Shown piece by piece: positions 28,052 to 35,710 of a stretch of DNA of 64,000 nucleotides. A model generated the notes under the pieces. It was not told the DNA's origin. It was given only the letters and a program-made list of their open reading frames with translations, and did no database searches. Where the stretch lies: contig OZ242029.1 in NCBI GenBank assembly GCA_965205015.1, positions 3,232,001 through 3,296,000 of the forward strand. The letters run 5' to 3'. A program made the translations under genes and the position numbers. Each line of letters opens with the position of its first letter. The first letter of the stretch is position 1. Source of the DNA: Candidatus Poribacteria bacterium (GTDB lineage Bacteria > Poribacteria > WGA-4E > WGA-3G).

Positions 28052-29443
28052 TTATGCGTAGCAAAAAGTATCGGAAGAACTATCTCCGCCCTGCAACCGA
28101 ATCTGATGGGCGCGACTCTCGCCGAAGTCTACAAAGAAGTCGGGATCCAGTTCCAATCCGCCGTCTTCTCCGTTCACATCCGCCTTCACCATCCATCCGT
28201 TTGCGCCCTCTGGGTAGAACTGATTATCCCAGGCAACATAGAGAGAATTCGTGAAATAGAGGCGTTTGCCATCGCGACTCAATTCAACCATCTGGGGACC
28301 GCCACTGACGGGTCCAGCAGCCGGGTGTGGATGCGATTTTGTAATCCCGCCGATTTCGAGCGTACCTGTATGCTTGGGATTAAACGGGTCGGATACATCG
28401 TATTGTAACATCTCTCCGGTCCCCCAGCAAGAGACGTACAAAAACCGGTCATCCAGCGAGAGGATGTGATCGGTGACAAGCGGCGGTATCATCCCGATAT
28501 CTTTCAGGGCAGGCGGTAAATCATCCGGATTTTCAGGTGCCTGTGCGGGAATATCAATAATCTTTTGAATCCCCCAACCATCGCCGTCTTTGTACCACGT
28601 CCAAATCGAACTGGAGAGGTCATTCATATTCAGCACGGCATTGACGAATCCATAGGCTTTGGTGGGATCGTGTGCGGGCCGCAGTTCTAAGATCATCTGG
28701 TAATCATCGCCCAAGTCCAAGGTTTGGATGTTTTTCCGATGCCGGATGTCCCAGATATGAATCTTATGACCGAATTTGCGCGCCCCTAAATCTTCGAGGC
28801 TCACTCCGTTTTCGATCATCGCTGGTGTGCCCCACTCACTGGTAACGGCAATGTCGTACCCCAAGTGCCACCAGAAATCGTAAGAGAGGGATTGAGGGCC
28901 GCGTTCCACTTCCCACTGTCCGAGGATATTGAAGTTGTAGTGGTCCATGAGGAAAATACCGCCAGGTCCTTCTTCAGAACCTGCTGAAGCCAAAGCACTG
29001 ACATAAATGCCTTCGGGACCACAATGGACTGTATGCGGACGGGTATATCCGGAACGCGACTCAACTTCACTGGCATCCAACGTTTTAATGAGTTTCGGTG
29101 CCTTTGGGTTTTCCTTGACATCAAGGATATAGATATGAGAACCGCGCAGTGCTGGCACAACGAGGTAACGCCGTTCTACATAGGGGTGGGGTGCGTAGGG
29201 GCAGAGTGCTGCACTACAAGCATTCCAACCGAAGTGGTGGATTTCATCACGAACACCGAGTTCCAGCCTGTGGACCATCTGGCCGTAGGTATCGGACGCT
29301 TTGTTGAGGTCAACCACACACATAGCGTCGGGGTTGCCGTCATCTCTCGGTGCAGCGACATAGGCAACATCTTCAATTGGTGCCTCAATCGCCATCTTTG
29401 GGGATGGATAAAAGGTCGGATCGGGTCTCCACTGTTGTAACAA
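28052..29443 (-). CDS. Selenium-binding protein SBP56 / methanethiol oxidase-like (SELENBP1 type, no signal peptide)
   Basis: PTFYPSP, DEIHHFGWNACS, RPHTVHC, YDFWW, GGPQMVELSRDGKRLY.TNSLY..WDNQFYP and GGDSSSD motifs; TTG start with AAGGAG RBS. Confidence 0.92.
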   Translation of the reverse strand: MLQQWRPDPTFYPSPKMAIEAPIEDVAYVAAPRDDGNPDAMCVVDLNKASDTYGQMVHRLELGVRDEIHHFGWNACSAALCPYAPHPYVERRYLVVPALRGSHIYILDVKENPKAPKLIKTLDASEVESRSGYTRPHTVHCGPEGIYVSALASAGSEEGPGGIFLMDHYNFNILGQWEVERGPQSLSYDFWWHLGYDIAVTSEWGTPAMIENGVSLEDLGARKFGHKIHIWDIRHRKNIQTLDLGDDYQMILELRPAHDPTKAYGFVNAVLNMNDLSSSIWTWYKDGDGWGIQKIIDIPAQAPENPDDLPPALKDIGMIPPLVTDHILSLDDRFLYVSCWGTGEMLQYDVSDPFNPKHTGTLEIGGITKSHPHPAAGPVSGGPQMVELSRDGKRLYFTNSLYVAWDNQFYPEGANGWMVKADVNGEDGGLELDPDFFVDFGESRAHQIRLQGGDSSSDTFCYA

Positions 29444-29477
29444 AGTTATTTCTCCTTTTTAAGGGTTGTTGATTATT

Positions 29478-29761
29478 GGAAGTCGATAGCGTCAACGCCC
29501 TTTTCGTTGCTATCCGTTGATTGGTACATTTTGGCATGGGCAACTTGCGATACATCTCCGAGATGGCGAAGCAATTGCATCCTGTTATACGTTGCTCCAT
29601 ATAAGTTTATCAAATTAGGGTTCCCCTTTCTGGTGCAGCTTGGTAATTTAGATTCAACGGTATTGCTTTCAAGGCTGTATAAGAAGATGGCTTGAACTTT
29701 CTGTATTCTGTTTCTAAAACGGAATTATAGCACGCATCGAAAAAAAAGCAAGTTTTTCGTT
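29478..29761 (-). pseudogene. Diverged duplicate of the DUF4432 gene 5' end and upstream region (copy of 24339-24624)
   Basis: Long shared tracts such as GGAAGTCGATAGCGTCAACGCCCTTTTCGTTG and TACGTTGCTCCATATAAGTTTATCAAATTA. Confidence 0.85.
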
Positions 29762-29894
29762 ATCGCATTCAGAGTCGTTTAGTTGTCCGTTTTCGCGCTG
29801 ATAGCACTGAATTTTCGATTGTTTCTGTTTCAGTTCTGTGCTATTCTTAATATTGGTGAGTTTTTATTTTCAAAAGAAAGGAGAGTGGACTTTT

Positions 29895-30149
29895 ATGATC
29901 GATTTACCCGATATAGTGCCAGACGCTGTTTTCGATTTAGAGGAACTCAGTTGTGGCGACCTGATTATCGCATTACTCAAATCGATGCGCTCTCTTAAAC
30001 CTGGACAAGTCGCACAAATCCGCGCAGTGGACCCAGGGGCACCTGTGGACATCGCGGCATGGTGTAACATGAAAGGCAACGAACTGCTCGCAGATTGTTG
30101 TGGAGCGGAGAGTGCCTATTTTTATATTAAGAGAGGAAACAATTCCTAA
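29895..30149 (+). CDS. TusA/SirA-like sulfur carrier protein
   Basis: DL..LSCG, L.PGQV..I.A.DPGAPVDI.AWC...G..L motifs; start placed at ATG 29895 after GGAGAG. Confidence 0.85.
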   Translation: MIDLPDIVPDAVFDLEELSCGDLIIALLKSMRSLKPGQVAQIRAVDPGAPVDIAAWCNMKGNELLADCCGAESAYFYIKRGNNS

Positions 30150-30508
30150 TGGCTAAACTGATGATCAGCATCACACACGCGAAGGATAACACGGACAAAG
30201 CGACTGTTGGTTTTGTGGTCGCAAACGCCTCCGTTGCATCTGGCGTGGAAACGGTTGTATTTCTCAGCACAGAGGGGGTACACCTTTCACAAGACGGTTA
30301 TGCGAATGATATTCACGAAGAAGGGTTCGCACCGTTACAGCAGCTCATGTCAGATTTCGCCGAAGTCGGTGGGATAATCTGGGTCTGTTCCCCGTGCTTT
30401 AAAAAGCGCAGCCTTGATGAAGACAACCTTGTTGATAGTGCCACAATTGTCGGCGGCGCAAAAGCCGTTGAATTTCTGACCACGGGTGGCTCGTGTATCA
30501 GTTACTGA
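30149..30508 (+). CDS. DsrE/DsrF-like sulfur relay protein
   Basis: VFL..EGV, GG.IWVCSPC..KR and IVGG motifs; TAATG coupling to TusA. Confidence 0.85.
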   Translation: MAKLMISITHAKDNTDKATVGFVVANASVASGVETVVFLSTEGVHLSQDGYANDIHEEGFAPLQQLMSDFAEVGGIIWVCSPCFKKRSLDEDNLVDSATIVGGAKAVEFLTTGGSCISY

Positions 30509-30511
30509 TCT

Positions 30512-30860
30512 TGGGTGAAGGACTTCCTACCTACTGAGGTAGAAACTTCCTTATGGGATGGGTTTCATCCCAAATTGGATAGAGCTTCTAACACGAGCTT
30601 GCGAGTTATGTCAAGATGCTGAAAAGCCGAGCCTGCTCCGTGTGAGCAGACGGTATTTTCTGCGAAATATAGACGCGTAGGCAACACTCTCAAGCCTAAA
30701 ATCTCAAGTGAAAATTTCCTGTCATCGTGGAGCGGTTTGTGAAAACCTATGCATCGAATCTCTCATAGGCACTGTTTCCTGTGGCAGGATCTCGCTTGTG
30801 ATACCTCGTCTAACTCGTAACCTAATAGGATTCATGAGTCCGCGTGCGCTAAAAACCTCT
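30512..30860 (+). ncRNA. Hairpin-rich non-coding insert; candidate structured RNA or non-autonomous IS200/IS605-type element
   Basis: At least seven short inverted repeats in about 350 nt and no ORF of 60 aa or more. Confidence 0.35.
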
Positions 30861-30890
30861 TGAAATCATTCCAACGATTTTACCTTTATA

Positions 30891-30924
30891 ATAACATTAT
30901 ACCCTTTATAACATTATACCCTTT
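30891..30924 (+). repeat. 17-bp tandem duplication ATAACATTATACCCTTT x2 just upstream of the TusA-OsmC gene
   Basis: Exact direct repeat. Confidence 0.85.
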
Positions 30925-30938
30925 CAGCGGAAAACACC

Positions 30939-31679
30939 ATGAGAGAAGAAGATTTACAAGCACCTGATATCCTTCAGACATCCCATATATGCGAAGGTGG
31001 AAACCTTGACTGTGGTTCCGGTTTATTGCTGCTTATTCGCAAATCCATGGAAACAGTACCCGACGGTGAGATTTTAGAAATCCGTAGCACGGAAATTAGC
31101 GTTAAAGAGGACCTCCCCGCATGGTGTAGGATGACACAAAATCCGTATCTTGGATGGCGGCCTGCAGCCGAACACAATAAATACTTCGTGCAGCGCGGTG
31201 AAGCCGCACAGGATGCAGACATCGCCTACGAGCAGGCGCGAGACTACCGGTGGCAAACACGCATTCATTGGGATGGCGGGATGCAGACAAAGGTCTTCTG
31301 CCGAAACCATTCCTGGCCGGTGGGACAGCCTGCCAGCTTTGATGTACGGGATACAGCACCGAGCGCCGTAGAGTATGTCCTCGGCGCGCTTGGATCCTGT
31401 TTGGCGATGGGATTTCAGATTCGAGCATCGCAGCAGCAGGTAGAGATTGAAGAACTCGAGATTACGTTAAGCGGACAGATTGACAATATCTTTGTCTTTC
31501 TCGGCACGGAACAAGGCGGACATAGCGGTTTCAAGGAAATCAGTGGGACACTCTATGTTGCATCAGACGCCGATGATGAAGTTTTGGAGTCGCTTTGGGC
31601 GGAGACACTGACGGCTTCACCTGTGACGAATACACTCACACAAGATGTTAATATTGATGTTGATCTGCGTGTAATTTAA
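30939..31679 (+). CDS. TusA-like domain fused to an OsmC/Ohr-like domain
   Basis: N-terminal LDCGSGLL…EDLPAWCR; C-terminal APSAVEYVLGALGSCL and SPVTNTL. Confidence 0.85.
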   Translation: MREEDLQAPDILQTSHICEGGNLDCGSGLLLLIRKSMETVPDGEILEIRSTEISVKEDLPAWCRMTQNPYLGWRPAAEHNKYFVQRGEAAQDADIAYEQARDYRWQTRIHWDGGMQTKVFCRNHSWPVGQPASFDVRDTAPSAVEYVLGALGSCLAMGFQIRASQQQVEIEELEITLSGQIDNIFVFLGTEQGGHSGFKEISGTLYVASDADDEVLESLWAETLTASPVTNTLTQDVNIDVDLRVI

Positions 31680-31693
31680 AAGAAGGGATCCCG

Positions 31694-32257
31694 ATGATTG
31701 AAACCGTGAAGCGCGAAATTGAGCGGATTGTTGAACAGGCGTGTGCCGCGGATACCAATATCTTCGGCTACGATATTTGGACGCACCATATCCTACCAGT
31801 CGTTCAAAACGCGAAACAACTTGCCCCACGTTTTGATGCTGATCCTGAGATTATGGAGTTTGCGGCATTACTCCATGATTATGCCAGTATCAAGGACAAA
31901 GCACTCTATGCCGACCATCATATTCACGGTCCCATTGAAGCGGAGAAACTTCTCAAGCGTTTTGGCTATCCACAAGAAAAAACGGAAGCCGTCAAGGAGG
32001 CTATCGCAACGCATCGAGCCAGTGTAACAGTGAAGCATCGGAGTGCAGAGGGAGAGTGTCTCGCAAATGCTGATGCCATGTCTCATATTGAACATGTGCC
32101 TTCACTTTTATACTTGGTATACATTCATCATGGAATGGGGATCGATGAAGGTAGACTATGGGTCAAAGCCAAACTACAGCGGAGTTGGCAGAAACTACGG
32201 GCAGATGTCCAAGAATTAGTTAAAGACACATACGAAGCCGCTTTGAAAATACTTTGA
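31694..32257 (+). CDS. HD-domain phosphohydrolase
   Basis: H…AALLHD…HH…H…DAMSH motif order. Confidence 0.85.
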   Translation: MIETVKREIERIVEQACAADTNIFGYDIWTHHILPVVQNAKQLAPRFDADPEIMEFAALLHDYASIKDKALYADHHIHGPIEAEKLLKRFGYPQEKTEAVKEAIATHRASVTVKHRSAEGECLANADAMSHIEHVPSLLYLVYIHHGMGIDEGRLWVKAKLQRSWQKLRADVQELVKDTYEAALKIL

Positions 32258-32281
32258 CTATAAAGTTCATATAACCTGCTC

Positions 32282-32518
32282 ATGTCTTTCATAAACTCTA
32301 TAACCATTAACAAAGTTCACTGGTTCCTGGACCTCTTTAACGAACTCGGCATCACAGTTTGGATTGATGGCGGCTGGGGCGTTGATGCGCTATTGGGTGA
32401 ATGTACCCGGGAACATCAGGATTTGGATATTATGATTTCATGGGAGGATTCAGCAATACTCGGGGTTAAGTTGCTCGATGGTCAGAGTAAGGATCAAGAT
32501 AAACATATAGGAGGTTAG
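32282..32518 (+). pseudogene. Internally deleted duplicate of the 26607..27155 nucleotidyltransferase
   Basis: 32303-32461 is near-identical to 26649-26807, then jumps to a match with 27120-27133 (GVKLL). Confidence 0.85.
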
Positions 32519-32521
32519 CAC

Positions 32522-33694
32522 ATGAAAAATTTACCACAATTTCCGGTGACTGTCGTCGGGAGTTTGCCCCGTGCACGGGCAGTTTCACGGGCATTGCGAA
32601 ATAGACAGAGAGGGCGGATTGCAGATGATGACTTTAATGCCATCGCAGATGAAGCGGTGCTTGAAAGTGTCGAATTGCAGGAAACAATAGGGATCGATAT
32701 CATCACTGATGGTGAACAACGCCGCGACAATTTCTATTCCTTCATCACTGAATGTATTGACGGTATCCGGTTGATGACACTCGCCGAGATGCTGGATTAT
32801 GTCGAAGACAAAGCGGCATTTGAACAACTCCTCAATGCCTTGGATGTCCCCGCCTTCGCATTGAAAAATCCAGTCGTTAATGGAAAATTAGAGCGGACTT
32901 CTCCACTTGTGTTGAATGACTATCTATTTCTCAAAGAGCATACGACAAAACCCATTAAAGCCACACTTCCCGGTCCTTATCTTTTAACCCGTTCCATGTG
33001 GGTGAAGCGACTCTCTTACGAATTTTACCCCGATAAAGAATCTCTGGGAGACGACGTTGTTCGGATTCTCCGTGAAGAACTACAGGAGTTACAAGAGACA
33101 GGGTGTCAATTTGTTCAATTTGATGAGCCAGTATTGACCGAGGTTGCTTTCACGGGACCGCATGAAACCCACACTTTTATGTGTGCGGCACTTTCCGAAA
33201 AGAGCAGCCCTGAAGAGGAGCTTAATTTCGCCGTGGAACTGATGAATCGTGTCGTTGAAGGCGTAAACGATGAGATGAAAACGGCACTCCATGTCTGCCG
33301 TGGGAACTGGAGCCAGCAGGAGGATGTGCTGCTTCGGGGTTCTTACGATCTATTGATTCCCTATTTTAGCCGCATGAACGTCAATCAATTTGTGTTGGAG
33401 TATGCAACGGAACGGGCAGGTAGCATTGATGTCCTCAAAGAACTCCCACTCGACAAAGAGATAGGACTCGGGGTTGTCGATCCGCGAACCACGGAGGTCG
33501 AATCCGTCGATTTCGTATTGGCGAAAGTTCATGCCCTCTTAAGACATAGGAGGCCCGAACAGATTTATCTGAATCCGGATTGTGGGTTCGGCACATTCGC
33601 TGATCGACCCGTAAATACCACAGAGATCGCTGCGCAAAAACTAAATGTCATTCGTAAAGCGGCCGAGATATTGCGTTCAGATTTTTTATCTTAG
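32522..33694 (+). CDS. Cobalamin-independent methionine synthase II-like (single-barrel MetE C-terminal domain) protein
   Basis: VVGSLPR, TDGEQRR, QFDEP, Zn ligands LHVCRGN / LEY / NPDCGF; 390 aa with no folate-binding N-barrel. Confidence 0.9.
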   Translation: MKNLPQFPVTVVGSLPRARAVSRALRNRQRGRIADDDFNAIADEAVLESVELQETIGIDIITDGEQRRDNFYSFITECIDGIRLMTLAEMLDYVEDKAAFEQLLNALDVPAFALKNPVVNGKLERTSPLVLNDYLFLKEHTTKPIKATLPGPYLLTRSMWVKRLSYEFYPDKESLGDDVVRILREELQELQETGCQFVQFDEPVLTEVAFTGPHETHTFMCAALSEKSSPEEELNFAVELMNRVVEGVNDEMKTALHVCRGNWSQQEDVLLRGSYDLLIPYFSRMNVNQFVLEYATERAGSIDVLKELPLDKEIGLGVVDPRTTEVESVDFVLAKVHALLRHRRPEQIYLNPDCGFGTFADRPVNTTEIAAQKLNVIRKAAEILRSDFLS

Positions 33695-33699
33695 GAAAA

Positions 33700-33723
33700 G
33701 GCGCGCTTTCAAAGCGCGCCTAC
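33700..33723 (-). repeat. GTAG-type REP or bidirectional terminator between convergent genes
   Basis: GGCGCGCTTT-CAAAGCGCGCC-TAC palindrome. Confidence 0.6.
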
Positions 33724-33735
33724 AATCTAAGGGAA

Positions 33736-34605
33736 TCAATTGGCACGGTCGAGCCAGCCAGGCGGTTTGATGCTTTCAGAGAGCTGCCACGCAGTCAAGT
33801 AGAGTGAAGCCGTCCAACGCACTGCTTCACGTGATCGAGCATTTGTAAAATCAACCACTGCAGGTGTCGGATCTTTCAGATTTTGCCAGTCTCCGACAAG
33901 TTCGTAAACCCTGCCTACGAAACTGAATTCCGCCTTAACCTGCTTTACGATTGCTGGCATTAAGTCGCCAACGGCTTCAATCTGTTGTGCTTTCGCGAGT
34001 GCTGTCGGATCCAGTTTCAACATTTCAATGGCTGAATCGACTTTTTCATGGATACCGGCGTGTAAGCGCGTTCCGTCCTCCTGAACAATACCATCGAAAT
34101 GGATTGTCAGGTGCAGCGGTTGACACATATCCTGTGCATAGTGAGATAAGAATCCCGCATAAACAAAGCATTTGTACTGAATCATCGGATTGTCGGGCCA
34201 CTTACGGTACTCTGCGAAAGCGAAAGCGAGTCTTTCTGTCCATTCTGCCACCGCATAGGGAAGTGTACCAACTTTCCGTGGCGTCAGTCCCAACTCAGTA
34301 CACAACTGAATGTGTGCGTCGCGTCCCTCTGGAATCGGGTGATCTTTTAGCAATTCTACATCAATGTAATGTTCACTGTATTCAGCCTGTCGCGCGTGTG
34401 GCATGCTACGCGCCTTGGATAGATCTGGATCGTAGGCGCAGTGAGCGATCATTTTTCCGGCGGCTCGAAAAAATTCTGGCATCTCTTCGGGAAGTGTCTT
34501 GACGGATGCCCGTGTGAGGATATCGTGTCCGCCGCCCCACCATGCCCACGCGGGTGTAGTGAGGAGTATCGAAAATAGAACGAGAATATTACAGAAACGC
34601 TTCAT
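33736..34605 (-). CDS. Secreted S1/P1 nuclease or Zn-dependent phospholipase C-like protein
   Basis: Signal peptide AWA/WW...GH, then HYID, HYAQDMCQPLH and IH..D Zn-ligand motifs. Confidence 0.8.
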   Translation of the reverse strand: MKRFCNILVLFSILLTTPAWAWWGGGHDILTRASVKTLPEEMPEFFRAAGKMIAHCAYDPDLSKARSMPHARQAEYSEHYIDVELLKDHPIPEGRDAHIQLCTELGLTPRKVGTLPYAVAEWTERLAFAFAEYRKWPDNPMIQYKCFVYAGFLSHYAQDMCQPLHLTIHFDGIVQEDGTRLHAGIHEKVDSAIEMLKLDPTALAKAQQIEAVGDLMPAIVKQVKAEFSFVGRVYELVGDWQNLKDPTPAVVDFTNARSREAVRWTASLYLTAWQLSESIKPPGWLDRAN

Positions 34606-34646
34606 AATTCTCCTTTAAGGCACAATCTAACAGATTATGCTACGGG

Positions 34647-35597
34647 TTAATCTGCTGCCAGATATTCGGCAGGACTCGCTTCTTGCCATTGGAACTGGAG
34701 TTCAGCGGTTTCATGGGGCTTAAACGCTGTCGCGACTGTCTCTACGGCGGGTCCGGCGATATCAATTTTGTCAAGATCTGCGGTGCCGTATCCCAACGCA
34801 TTGGCGTAATGAAACAATCCAATCTCCAACGGTTCAAATCCCATCGCTTTGGTCGTGACTGCGTCCGCTGCAAACACATCTCCGCTCGCGACTGCGATAC
34901 CGAGGGGGACAGAATCGGTGCCGCCGGGTCCGTTGCCTTGTAACCCAACCGTGCCATCAACAATAGCGATGTCGGGCTTAAGGTGGCGTGAGAGGCGAAG
35001 CAGGTTGATATTCAACGTCTGTGCTTCGCGCGGGAGCACTCGATCTGCGTGACTGTGGTAGCCGTGCATTTTAATCCGGTCTTCCTTGTGCAAAGTGCCC
35101 ATAATCATATTCTTCATGGCAAGCGTCACAACACCGGCATCATGTGTTTTCGCGATAGCAACAGAGATAGTGCAGGGGCAGTCCAAGACTATCTTCGGCA
35201 TTCTCACGGTATCTTCATTACGTTCAGCAAGAAAGACCGTGGTTTCTACCCATTCGGTTTCTTGGTGCAAATCCACGAGCCGGATTGGGAGATCGTACTC
35301 GGCTTGGAGTGCTTCATACCCGAAAACTTGGAATGCCTCGCCAGAGAACGCTTCATTTGCGCCCTCAGCAACAATTATCTCTTTCGGCGGATGTGGTGTA
35401 CTCAGCAGAAAATCAATCGCACCCCGCATTGCATCAACGTGCGACGAGGCGAGTTGATTCGTGCTGGAGAGAAAATTCGGTTTTAGCAGTACCTGCTCAC
35501 GGACTTTCGGTGTGAGTGCCTCTCGTATAGTGTCCAACGCCTCAAAAACGTTAGAGCGTCGCCTGCCGGTTTTGGCAAGCCCAACTTGCGTACCCAT
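34647..35597 (-). CDS. DUF362 family protein
   Basis: VLLKPN, AKTH, TLAMKN, I.DG..G.QGNGP and D..AAD motifs. Confidence 0.85.
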   Translation of the reverse strand: MGTQVGLAKTGRRRSNVFEALDTIREALTPKVREQVLLKPNFLSSTNQLASSHVDAMRGAIDFLLSTPHPPKEIIVAEGANEAFSGEAFQVFGYEALQAEYDLPIRLVDLHQETEWVETTVFLAERNEDTVRMPKIVLDCPCTISVAIAKTHDAGVVTLAMKNMIMGTLHKEDRIKMHGYHSHADRVLPREAQTLNINLLRLSRHLKPDIAIVDGTVGLQGNGPGGTDSVPLGIAVASGDVFAADAVTTKAMGFEPLEIGLFHYANALGYGTADLDKIDIAGPAVETVATAFKPHETAELQFQWQEASPAEYLAAD

Positions 35598-35710
35598 CGG
35601 TTCCTCCTCATTGTTTCAGAATTTGCACAAACTCAGGGAATCATGTCTATTCCGCAACGATCGGGGTGATTCGGAAACCACACCGATCCGGGAATCACGT
35701 TCCCTCTTAC

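Noticed and set aside
30512-30860. SAM or cobalamin riboswitch controlling the MetE-like gene
   Set aside because: The conserved cores of SAM-I or B12-box riboswitches were not recognisable; kept only as an unassigned structured element.
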